Source of the DNA: Angustibacter luteus
GTDB lineage: Bacteria; Actinomycetota; Actinomycetes; Actinomycetales; Angustibacteraceae
Assembly (NCBI RefSeq): GCF_039541115.1
Contig: NZ_BAABFP010000002.1
Span: forward strand, 62,001 to 126,000
Reading direction: 5' to 3'
DNA: 64,000 bases
In this document: in pieces, positions 19,257-27,697 of the stretch
How the letters are laid out: every line of letters starts with the position of its first letter
Numbering within the stretch: the stretch's first letter is position 1
Position numbers and translations under genes: made by a program
The notes under the pieces: generated by a model
The model's database searches: none
What the model was told of the DNA's origin: nothing
Seen by the model: the letters and a program-made list of their open reading frames with translations, nothing else

Positions 19257-20243
19257 CTATCTCGTAGGTCCGACAAGCTGCGGTATCCCGCCTCTGTTAT
19301 CCGTTGACCAGAGACCGCCAAGTGCGTCCATCCAATAGGCCTCTACCTGCGCCCTCGAGTTGAGCTCGGGTGTCATGATGAACGGCTGACGCTCGCCATC
19401 CACATACCTATACCAGTTTCCAATAACTTGGATCATATTGCCGACGCCGATTTCTCTAGCGTAATCCTGATGCTCTGAGGGCGCAAAGCTACATACGTAT
19501 GAATTGCCGTCTATTACCTTTCCCTCAAGAACTACGAAAGACCGAATGCCACCAGCTGAACTATTCTTCACTTCCAGTATTCCGATATCATCGGCTGGAG
19601 AATTCGATCGAAACCCGAAGAAGACATGGCGTCCCAGTGCCAACTTCTCCAGGATGGCCTCCTGAACTATCTCCTCTGCGCAAGGCGAAGGGTCGGCCGT
19701 GTCGGCCGCTGCCGACCTCGTCGGGGAGTCCGTCCTAGCACGAGTCAACTTCTCGACGTCGAGTACAAGCGCCTGCTGGACGTGATAGCCCAATCCTTCA
19801 GGCGATGAAAAGGTACCATTCAGCCCCATCTTGTCGACTCTCTTGCGAAATTTGCGGAGCGCTTTGAGTTGACCCTCAGCAACGTCTCCCGGATGGGACG
19901 CTTCTGAAAAGTAGATATGTGTCGGCTTGCGCGCCGAAAGGCCTAGCAGTACTTCCTCGGCGGTGCCAGATTCGTGTTCCTTCGTCGGCGTTCCAAGACG
20001 ACTGTGGAATACGGCCACCACAATGTCGCATAGTGCCGCTTGTGCGTTGATAGCGTCCTGGGCTGGCTCACCTAAAATAGCGGCGGAGTCCAACTCCCAG
20101 CGCCACGGTCTCAGAATTGTGCCGGAAGTTGTGCTGTGTAGGCTGTTCCAAGCGCGGATTTGATCCTCTATCACCCTTCGCTCGGAGGCGCAGTCGCCTG
20201 GTGAAGAGATCATCACCGTTAGCACAGTGGCCGCATAGCTCAT
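19257..20243 (-). CDS. DUF4062 (TIR-like fold) protein with unrecognised C-terminal domain; candidate defence protein
   Basis: VMISSPGD..ER, RWE, QDAIN, CDIVVAVFHSRLGTPT...SGTAEE; much lower GC than flanks. Confidence 0.72.
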   Translation of the reverse strand: MSYAATVLTVMISSPGDCASERRVIEDQIRAWNSLHSTTSGTILRPWRWELDSAAILGEPAQDAINAQAALCDIVVAVFHSRLGTPTKEHESGTAEEVLLGLSARKPTHIYFSEASHPGDVAEGQLKALRKFRKRVDKMGLNGTFSSPEGLGYHVQQALVLDVEKLTRARTDSPTRSAAADTADPSPCAEEIVQEAILEKLALGRHVFFGFRSNSPADDIGILEVKNSSAGGIRSFVVLEGKVIDGNSYVCSFAPSEHQDYAREIGVGNMIQVIGNWYRYVDGERQPFIMTPELNSRAQVEAYWMDALGGLWSTDNRGGIPQLVGPTR

Positions 20244-20573
20244 GTGCGGATACTAGAACGTGTCGCGGCCACAGGGCGGTGGCCATGGCGGCCAATAGCC
20301 AGAACGGCTGGCCAAAGGAGACCAGTACCGGAGAAATACTTCACGAGACGGTAGTCGGGGAGTTGGCCGACGGTTAAGCATGCCTTGGTCAAGCGGGAAC
20401 TCCGCCTCAGTAGGATCAGAGCCACGCGCGTCCGTCCGCATGCGGTCCGCAGGTCGACAGAACCAGGCGAAAGCCCTGACCAACCGGCGGCCCTGCGCTC
20501 GGAGCATTGGACCCGGCCGCGCATCGGACGGGCCAGGCATCAACGCTCGGGGGGCAGCCGAGAAGGATCCGAG

Positions 20574-20617
20574 CGGACTATGCGTCCGCTGCTCTGACCG
20601 GCTGAGCTACCGCCCCG
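20574..20617 (-). repeat. Truncated 5' half of tRNA-Ile(CAT) (att junction)
   Basis: Matches the tRNA from the 5' G to the anticodon arm, then diverges. Confidence 0.9.
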
Positions 20618-20668
20618 ACGTCCGGCCCTGCTCGGCGGTCGTCGGGACGAGAGTATCGGCTCGCCTCC

Positions 20669-21193
20669 CTACCTCGGCTGAGCCTCGGCCTTCGTGGACC
20701 ACGCGGCCTTCGCGCCGCTGTGCCCGATGCGGGCGACCTGCACGACGGTGCCGGCCACACCGACCACGGTGAGCACCGCGACGACCGCGCTGACCAACCG
20801 AGCGCGTTGCAGCACAACGGATCTGGCCCAGCCGAACCGTGCGTGCCAGCGCACCTCGGGGTCGGAACCGTGGATCCACTGCACCGCGTGGAGCGCGGCG
20901 GCAGCGACCGCCAGGACGATGACCCAGACGAGCAACCCGTCGGCGATCTGGGTGTGCTCGCGCAGCAGGGCGGTCTGCGGGACGCGACGCTCCAGCGACT
21001 CCCCCGAGCTGGTGGACAGCGGCACGAGCACCACCGCGAGGAGCGAGAGCACGAGTGGCAGCGGACCGGCCCAGCGCCGGAAGCGCGGCCAGGCGGCAGC
21101 CGTACCCACGGCGACAGCGGCCGTCGGCACCACGACGACCGTCGCGTGGACCACCAACGGGTGCATGGGCAGGCCGAAGATCGTGTCGAGCAT
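20669..21193 (-). CDS. DUF2231-like membrane protein
   Basis: GLPMHPLVVHATVV motif, 4 TM helices, GHSGAKAAW C-terminal motif. Confidence 0.75.
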   Translation of the reverse strand: MLDTIFGLPMHPLVVHATVVVVPTAAVAVGTAAAWPRFRRWAGPLPLVLSLLAVVLVPLSTSSGESLERRVPQTALLREHTQIADGLLVWVIVLAVAAAALHAVQWIHGSDPEVRWHARFGWARSVVLQRARLVSAVVAVLTVVGVAGTVVQVARIGHSGAKAAWSTKAEAQPR

Positions 21194-21272
21194 GCGCGTC
21201 CCCTCGTCGCGGCGGACCCGGACGGTCCACCGCCTGGTGCCGCCAGCATCAGTTGACGCTCTCGGAGGTTTC

Positions 21273-22490
21273 TCAGAGCGCGGGACGCGGCGCCCGAGGC
21301 AGTCGCAGCGTCAAGGTCGCACCCTGGCCGGGCTCACCTTCGACCAGCAACGTGCCCCCGTGCGCCCGGGCGACCTCGGCGACCAGGGACAACCCCAGGC
21401 CGAACCGGCGGCCCGCGTCGCCCGTCGTGCCCCGGCTGAACCGGGCCAGCAGCCGGTGCGCCTCGCGCGGGTCGATGCCGTCGCCGGCGTCGGCCACGCT
21501 CAGCCGCACGGCCGCCGCGTCGACGGCGACGTCGACCACTACCCGGCCACCGTCGTCGGAGTGCGCGATCGCGTTGTCCAGCAACGAGGTCAGCGCCCGG
21601 CGCAACGCCGCCTCGGCGCCGCGCACCACGGCCGGTTCCCGGCCGACGTGCACCGTCAGCCCGATACCGCGCGGGTCCGCGAGCGCCTGCAGGCTCGTCG
21701 TGACGTCGACGGCGAGTGCAGCGACGTCGACGTCCTCCCCACCCTGCGGTCGGTGGTCCAGCTCGGCCGACAGCAGCAGGTCGTTGACGACCCCGCCGAG
21801 GTTGCGGGCGTCGTCCACCAAGCGGTCGACCTCACCGACCCGCTCCTCCGGGACGACGCCACGCAGGTGGCGGCGCAGCAGCTGCGCCCGGGTGAACAGC
21901 ACGGTCGTGGGGGTGCGCAGCTCGTGGCTGGCGTCGGCCACGAAGCGTCGTTGCAACGCGAGCGCCTCGGCGAGCGGCTTGACGGCGCGCCGTCCGATGA
22001 TCGCGCCGACCGCCGCCGCCCCGAGGACGCCGACGAGCGCAGCGATCCCGAGCGAGGCGAGCAGGCGGCGCTCCTCGGACTCCCGAGGTGTCAGGTCGTA
22101 GACGGCGCTGACCCGCCCGATGTCGCGCTGACCCGTCCACACCACGAGCTCTCGGTCGTCGCGCTCGAGCCGGGTGACGCCGTCGGGCAGGCTCGCCGGG
22201 TCGAGGTCGTCCAGCCCGTCCGGCGCGCCGGCCGTGACCTCGCGCTCTCCGCCGGTGCCGAGGGCGATCAGCCAGGTGCCGGCGGGCGGGTCCCGGACGT
22301 CGTCCGCGGTTGCCCAGGCGCTCCGAGCGCTCTGGTCCGCCTGCCGGTGCTGCTGGCGCTCGTCGAGCAGGAGCACCGAACCGGCCATGACCAGGACGAC
22401 GAGCGCTACGGCGGCGGCGGTCTGCACGGCGACGGTGCGGGCGGCCCGGCGCAGCAGCGCCTCGTCCGGGTCGGTCGCCCGGGAGCTCAC
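21273..22490 (-). CDS. Sensor histidine kinase
   Basis: Two TMs, DASHELRTP, LLDNAI, DAGDGI, GLGLS. Confidence 0.9.
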   Translation of the reverse strand: MSSRATDPDEALLRRAARTVAVQTAAAVALVVLVMAGSVLLLDERQQHRQADQSARSAWATADDVRDPPAGTWLIALGTGGEREVTAGAPDGLDDLDPASLPDGVTRLERDDRELVVWTGQRDIGRVSAVYDLTPRESEERRLLASLGIAALVGVLGAAAVGAIIGRRAVKPLAEALALQRRFVADASHELRTPTTVLFTRAQLLRRHLRGVVPEERVGEVDRLVDDARNLGGVVNDLLLSAELDHRPQGGEDVDVAALAVDVTTSLQALADPRGIGLTVHVGREPAVVRGAEAALRRALTSLLDNAIAHSDDGGRVVVDVAVDAAAVRLSVADAGDGIDPREAHRLLARFSRGTTGDAGRRFGLGLSLVAEVARAHGGTLLVEGEPGQGATLTLRLPRAPRPAL

Positions 22491-23170
22491 GCGGACCCCA
22501 TCCGGTACCCGCTGCCGCGCACGGTGCGGACGACGTCGCGGCCGAGCTTGCGGCGCAGGTAGTAGACGTAGGTGTCGACGGCGCCGGGGGTGTCCGCGTC
22601 GTCGAACACCCGGTCCAGCAGCTCCTCGCGGGTGAACACGCGGGTCGGACGGCGGGCCAGCACCTCCAGCAGGCCGCACTCCCGCGGCGAGAGGTCGACC
22701 GGACCGTGCGGCCCGTCGACCACCCGGCGGTCGGCCACCAGCAGGCGGGACTCCCCCAGCGCGAGCTTCTCGGCCACCTCGCCGTGCCGGCGCAGCAGCG
22801 CGCGCAACCGGGCGAGCAGCTCGTCGACGTCGAAGGGCTTGACCAGGTAGTCCTCGGCGCCGGCGTCCAGGCCCTCGACCCGGTCGCGGACGGTGCCGCG
22901 GGCGGTGAGCACCAGCACGGGGGCCGCGATGCCCTGCCGGCGCAGCCGTCGCACGAGGTCGAGCCCCTCGATCGCGGGCAGCCCACGGTCCACCACGAGC
23001 ACGTCCGGTCGGTGCGTCAGGGCCAGGTGCAGGCCCCGCTGCCCGTCGCGGGCGACGTCCACCTGGTACCCCTCGTCGGTCAGGAGCTCGGCGAGCATGG
23101 CGGACAGCTGCCGGTCGTCCTCGACGACGAGGACGCGCGGTCCGGCGGTGCCCTGCGCGTTCGAGTCCAC
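22487..23170 (-). CDS. OmpR-family response regulator
   Basis: VVEDD, DRGLP, VLTA, DYLVKPF, wHTH TVRGSGYR. Confidence 0.93.
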   Translation of the reverse strand: MDSNAQGTAGPRVLVVEDDRQLSAMLAELLTDEGYQVDVARDGQRGLHLALTHRPDVLVVDRGLPAIEGLDLVRRLRRQGIAAPVLVLTARGTVRDRVEGLDAGAEDYLVKPFDVDELLARLRALLRRHGEVAEKLALGESRLLVADRRVVDGPHGPVDLSPRECGLLEVLARRPTRVFTREELLDRVFDDADTPGAVDTYVYYLRRKLGRDVVRTVRGSGYRMGSA

Positions 23171-23347
23171 ACCGGGATCGTGGCACGCGGACTCTCAGAT
23201 CCCTCTGAGATGTCGGGAACAGAACGGGCCCGTTCAGTGCTGAACCACCTGGATGGGACGCAGCCGCGGCCAGCAGCCGTTGAGCGCGACCGTCCACACC
23301 ACGGCGGGTCATCGGCTCGCTCCACCGCACCGTCGTCAGGAGACGCC

Positions 23348-23509
23348 ATGTCCCCCCAGCAGAGCTCATGCACCCAGACCGAGCCCAACGAGCACGGCGA
23401 CAACGTGGTGGACCTGCGCGACCTGCCGCTCGCCGCCCAGGGCCGTATCGCCCAGCGGCTGCTGGCGACCCGACCGGCCAAGGGTCAGGCCGCGCGCTCG
23501 TTCGGCTGA
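23348..23509 (+). CDS. Putative 53-aa small protein
   Basis: CAGGAG RBS 5 nt before ATG; MSPQQSS...VVDLRDLP...ARSFG. Confidence 0.45.
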   Translation: MSPQQSSCTQTEPNEHGDNVVDLRDLPLAAQGRIAQRLLATRPAKGQAARSFG

Positions 23510-23658
23510 GCGAGCGCTCGCATGGCGAGCGTGCGACGGCGGTTGCGCCGCACGGCGGCGCTCTCCACGGCCATCGCGGCGGGGACGCCGAGCGCGGCTG
23601 CGAGCAGTCCGCCCAGCACCCCGCCGGCGACGGCGAGGCTGCGTTCGGTGGTGGTCAT
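23485..23658 (-). CDS. Putative 57-aa membrane microprotein
   Basis: GAAGGGA RBS; MTTTERSLAVAGGVLGGLLAAALGVPAAM followed by Arg-rich tail. Confidence 0.45.
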   Translation of the reverse strand: MTTTERSLAVAGGVLGGLLAAALGVPAAMAVESAAVRRNRRRTLAMRALAQPNERAA

Positions 23659-23827
23659 GGCTGGTTCCCTTCACGTGGTCTCTCCAGGAGATGACCCGGC
23701 TGGGGCGTGCGGTGATACGTCGGCCCATCGAGGATCCGGTGCTGGCCGGTCACAAAGCAGCCACATCCGTCACACGAGAGGCGCAACGTCGACCCGGTTG
23801 GCGGCGATCCGGGGCTAGGTTGCCGCT

Positions 23828-24487
23828 ATGCCTTTCGGACTTGAGCTGATCGTCCAGACCGTCGTCGACGGTGAGCTGCGCGAGCGCACCTGGGACGCCT
23901 ACAGCGACTCCTTCGCCGAGCTGCGGTCAGCCGCGATCCAGCGGCACGTGATGACCCGCGAGGAGTTCGACGCGGTCATGGCGGACGAGCGCGTCACCAT
24001 CTACCTGGCGGTCCGGCCGGACGGCGTGGTGGCCGGCATCGCGTCCCTGTCCAACGACCTGCGCTCGATGCCGTTGGTCTCCCCCGAGTTCTTCGAGGCC
24101 CGCTGGCCGCGGGAGTACGCGGCCGGGCAGTGCTGGTACATCGGCTTCGTCGGGGTGCGGCCCAGCGAGCAGGGTGGCGGCGCGTTCCAGCTCATCGTCG
24201 GCACGGTCGCCAGCACGCTGGGCCCGCGCGGCGGCGTCCTGGTGCTCGACGTCCCGCAGCGCAACATGGAGGGCTTCCACGTCCCCCGGGCCGTCAAGCG
24301 GATCGCCGACGCGGTGGTGGCCGACGTCTCGTACGAGATGGTCGACAGCCAGGGCTACTGGGCGTACACCACGCCGGTACCGGCCGAGATCGACCTGCGC
24401 GATCCCGCGCCGTCCACCATCGACCTGCGCGAAGGCGTCAGTCGGACGACGGACGAGGGGCCGGGGGCAGCCCCATCGCCACGTTGA
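23828..24487 (+). CDS. Uncharacterised GNAT-like fold protein
   Basis: WYIGFVGVRPSEQGGG resembles acyl-CoA binding motif A; TAGGTT 6 nt before ATG. Confidence 0.6.
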   Translation: MPFGLELIVQTVVDGELRERTWDAYSDSFAELRSAAIQRHVMTREEFDAVMADERVTIYLAVRPDGVVAGIASLSNDLRSMPLVSPEFFEARWPREYAAGQCWYIGFVGVRPSEQGGGAFQLIVGTVASTLGPRGGVLVLDVPQRNMEGFHVPRAVKRIADAVVADVSYEMVDSQGYWAYTTPVPAEIDLRDPAPSTIDLREGVSRTTDEGPGAAPSPR

Positions 24488-26744
24488 CGGCCGGCGTCCA
24501 CAGCTGACCGACGAGCTCGGCGGCTCCGCTGGCCGGCAACGGTCGCCCGAGCCACCAGCCCTGCCCGCGGGTGATGCCGAGCTCGACGAGCGACTGGCTC
24601 TGCTCGCGCGTCTCGATGCCCTCGGCGACGACGTCCAGCCCCAGGGCCTGGGCCATGGCGGCGGTCGCCCGCACGATCGCGTGGTCCTCGGGGCGGGTCG
24701 TGAGACCGGCCACGAACGAGCGGTCGATCTTGACCTCGTGGACCTGCAGCTTGCTGACGTAGCTCAGCGAGGAGTAGCCGGTGCCGAAGTCGTCGACGGA
24801 GACGCGCACCCCGGCGCGCTCCAGGTCACGCAGTGACTGGACGGCGACGGCGTCGTCCCCGACGAGCGTGGACTCGGTGACCTCCAGCCGCAGCGAGCAC
24901 GCCGGCAGGTCGCGGTGGGCCAGGGCGGCGAGCACCCGTCCGGTGAACTGCGGGTCCTGCAGCTGGCGTCCCGACACGTTCACGTTCACGCTGATCTCGC
25001 GGGGGGATGTCGAGCGCCAGGTCAGCAGCTCGTCGAGGGCGCGACCCAGGATGAAGTCGCCGATCGGCAGGATCAGGCCGTTCTCCTCGGCGGCGGCGAT
25101 GAAGACGTCCGGGGTCGAGGGGCCTTCGTCCGGCCGGTTCCAGCGGGCCAGCGCCTCGAAGCCCAGCAGGTGCCCGGTGACCAGGTCGACGATCGGCTGG
25201 TAGGCGACGTCCAGCTCGCCGCGGCCCATGGCCTGGCGCAGCGCGCGGTCCAGCTCGACCCGGCCGCGCACCAGCGCGCCCATCGACGGCTCGTAGACCA
25301 CGGCCCGGTTGCGGCCGGCGTCCTTGGCCCGGTACATCGCGGTGTCGGCGTCCCGGATCAGGTCGCTGGCGCCGCGCTTGACCAGGGCGGACGACGACGC
25401 GATCCCGATCGAGCAGGTGATCGTGGCCTCGCCGACCGACAGCAGGTACGGCTGGGACAGCTCGGCGATGACGTTCTCGGCGAACACCAGGCCGTCGGGG
25501 TCCTGTCGGCGGACCGGCAGCACGAGGATGAACTCGTCGCCACCGGCCCGGGAGACCAGCACCTGGCCCGGCAGCACGCCGCGCATGCGCTCCGCGACCT
25601 GCTGGAGCAGCTCGTCACCGATCGCGTGGCCCCACGAGTCGTTGACCAGCTTGAACCCGTCCAGGTCCAGGAACAGCACGTTGACGGCGCGACCCAGGTC
25701 GAGCTGCTCGTCGAGTCGGTCGCTGACCGCGCCACGGTTGGCCAGGCCGGTCAGCGCGTCGTGCGTGGCCATCTGCTCGAACACCTGCCGCGAGCGGGTC
25801 TGCTGCCCGACGGCTCGACCGGCGCGGACCAGGATCGCGCCCATCAGCGCCGCCGTGCCCACCGCCTGCACCCAGCGGACGGCCAGCGGCAGGTTCGCGT
25901 CCGGCAGGATGAGCAGGGACGGCACGAGCAGCGCCGGGACCAGCACCAGCAACCGCTGCCAGGACCACGCCTGGACCTGCTGCTGGCGGCCGGCGGTCAA
26001 CCGCACCATCGAGGGGTGCAGCGCCGCCACGCCGAGCAGGCCGAACGAGACCAGGAACGGGACGTCGAGCAGGGCCGGGCCGGCCAGCAGCCCGCGCCGG
26101 GCCAGCACCTCGTAGCCGAGGTCGCCGATGAGCAGGCAGATGGCTGACGCGCGGATCAGCTGCAGGGACGGGACGCGGTCACCGGCGGTGAAGGACAGCG
26201 TCACCAGCAGGGCGAGCACGACGACGTCCAGCACCGGGTAGACCGCGGTCATCACGGAGATCCACTGCGGCAGGCGGTCCTGCTCCACGGTGGGAGCGAT
26301 GAGGTAGCTGATCGACAGCAGCGTCGCGCCACCGGTGATCACGGCGACGTCCAGCACGGCGTCGGCGTCGCGGGCGCCGCGCAGGCGCAGCACACGCATC
26401 ATCGTGGCGAGCAGCAGCAGGTACCCCGGGAGCAGGACGAAGTCCGGCAGGGCCACCGCGATCCCGCCTGCGTCCGGGTTCGTCCGCAGCGCGGGACCGA
26501 TGGCGAACAGCACGCAGACCAGCAGGAGGCGACGCCAGGTGACCATGTCGTCCGGGCGGTGCAGGCGCGGTCCGATCACCATCGCCAGGCAGGTGGACAG
26601 CCCGGTCAGCAGCATCGCCGCGGCCCGCAGCTCGCTCGGCAGGGGCAGCAGCCACACCACGACGCACGCGGACACCAGCACCACGTGCGCGCGGATCCAC
26701 GCACGGGCGCTCGGTCGCGCGCCGTCGGCGACTGCCTCGCTCAT
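24438..26744 (-). CDS. Membrane GGDEF-EAL diguanylate cyclase/phosphodiesterase
   Basis: Multi-TM N-terminus, HDALTGLANR, DLDGFK, GGDEF, FEALARW, DDFGTGYSSL, AEGIE. Confidence 0.93.
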   Translation of the reverse strand: MSEAVADGARPSARAWIRAHVVLVSACVVVWLLPLPSELRAAAMLLTGLSTCLAMVIGPRLHRPDDMVTWRRLLLVCVLFAIGPALRTNPDAGGIAVALPDFVLLPGYLLLLATMMRVLRLRGARDADAVLDVAVITGGATLLSISYLIAPTVEQDRLPQWISVMTAVYPVLDVVVLALLVTLSFTAGDRVPSLQLIRASAICLLIGDLGYEVLARRGLLAGPALLDVPFLVSFGLLGVAALHPSMVRLTAGRQQQVQAWSWQRLLVLVPALLVPSLLILPDANLPLAVRWVQAVGTAALMGAILVRAGRAVGQQTRSRQVFEQMATHDALTGLANRGAVSDRLDEQLDLGRAVNVLFLDLDGFKLVNDSWGHAIGDELLQQVAERMRGVLPGQVLVSRAGGDEFILVLPVRRQDPDGLVFAENVIAELSQPYLLSVGEATITCSIGIASSSALVKRGASDLIRDADTAMYRAKDAGRNRAVVYEPSMGALVRGRVELDRALRQAMGRGELDVAYQPIVDLVTGHLLGFEALARWNRPDEGPSTPDVFIAAAEENGLILPIGDFILGRALDELLTWRSTSPREISVNVNVSGRQLQDPQFTGRVLAALAHRDLPACSLRLEVTESTLVGDDAVAVQSLRDLERAGVRVSVDDFGTGYSSLSYVSKLQVHEVKIDRSFVAGLTTRPEDHAIVRATAAMAQALGLDVVAEGIETREQSQSLVELGITRGQGWWLGRPLPASGAAELVGQLWTPAVNVAMGLPPAPRPSSD

Positions 26745-26890
26745 GCCGCTTGGTCCCCGGGGTACGGGCAACGTCCGGGACCTGGGGCGCCCGCGATGCC
26801 GTGAGTGGTGTCCCTGTCTTCTTCGACACCCCGGACGGAGTTCTGTAGGGCGCCCAACAAACTCGACGGGAGACCGGAGCGGGACGTGCG

Positions 26891-26919
26891 AGGCCCCCGT
26901 CCACGCAGGACGGGGGCCT
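26891..26919. terminator. GC-rich hairpin downstream of tRNA-Asn
   Basis: AGGCCCCCGTCC-n5-GGACGGGGGCCT, 12-bp stem. Confidence 0.7.
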
Positions 26920-26931
26920 GACACCTGAGGC

Positions 26932-27006
<75 letters not shown>

Positions 27007-27048
27007 TCGGCGGCGCAAACACTAGCAAGGAAAATCGCGAGGTCCGAA

Positions 27049-27597
27049 TCACACCGACAGACCGGCCTGCTCCGCCAGCTCTCGGGTCAGCGAGGCGACC
27101 TGGTCCGCGACCGGCGGACGCTGCGTGCTGACGCCCTGGTCAGGCACGGTCTGGGTGAACAACGACCCGGTCACCGCATGACGGCGCACCGCGACCGTCA
27201 CGCCGCGCCGGCCCTGCACCGGGATGCGCTGGGACAGCACGAACGTGCTCATCACGCGTTCGCGCAGTACCTCGGGGAACCGGCCCAGCGGCTCGCTGAG
27301 GCCGATCGTCGTGTCGGGGTCGCCATCCGCCCAGCGGACCTCAACGGCCTGGGCGTCCGGGTCCCAGGACGCCTCGGCGATCTCGTGCCACAACCGGCGC
27401 AGCGACGGCGTCCCCGGGCCCGGGACGGGACCGTCGACCGGGTCGACCAGCACCATCGCGTTGGTGGTCGCGATGGCCCAGCCGCCGTCCGGCCGCAGGG
27501 CGTGCGCGAGCACGCGCTCCCCCCGCGGCAGGCCCAGCCCCTCACGGACCATCGCCGGCAGCGGCAGGACGCGCTCGGAGCGGTGCCACCACGACAT
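27049..27597 (-). CDS. Hypothetical protein downstream of dnaG
   Basis: W..I..ASW and P..LRERV patterns resemble the actinobacterial post-dnaG hypothetical; TACCCT 6 nt before ATG. Confidence 0.65.
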   Translation of the reverse strand: MSWWHRSERVLPLPAMVREGLGLPRGERVLAHALRPDGGWAIATTNAMVLVDPVDGPVPGPGTPSLRRLWHEIAEASWDPDAQAVEVRWADGDPDTTIGLSEPLGRFPEVLRERVMSTFVLSQRIPVQGRRGVTVAVRRHAVTGSLFTQTVPDQGVSTQRPPVADQVASLTRELAEQAGLSV

Positions 27598-27697
27598 GGT
27601 GAAAGGGTAAGCAGGCCCGAGGCGGTGCCCGCTCCTCCGGGCATCACATCTCCGCAACAGGTTGGACACGCCTGGTGGGTGCCGAGGGGCGGTGCGC

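Larger units (their letters stand above)
18186..20617. mobile_element. Decayed tyrosine-integrase island bounded by 44-bp direct repeats of the tRNA 5' half
   Basis: 18186-18229 vs 20574-20617 (2 mismatches; 34 bp identical), integrase remnant at one end, low-GC cargo. Confidence 0.85.

Noticed and set aside
23740..23827. Possible c-di-GMP-I riboswitch upstream of the GNAT gene (GCGCAA...GGTTGCCG)
   Set aside because: No GNRA tetraloop or P2 stem found; TAGGTT is better explained as the -10 of a leaderless gene. An Infernal/Rfam scan would settle it
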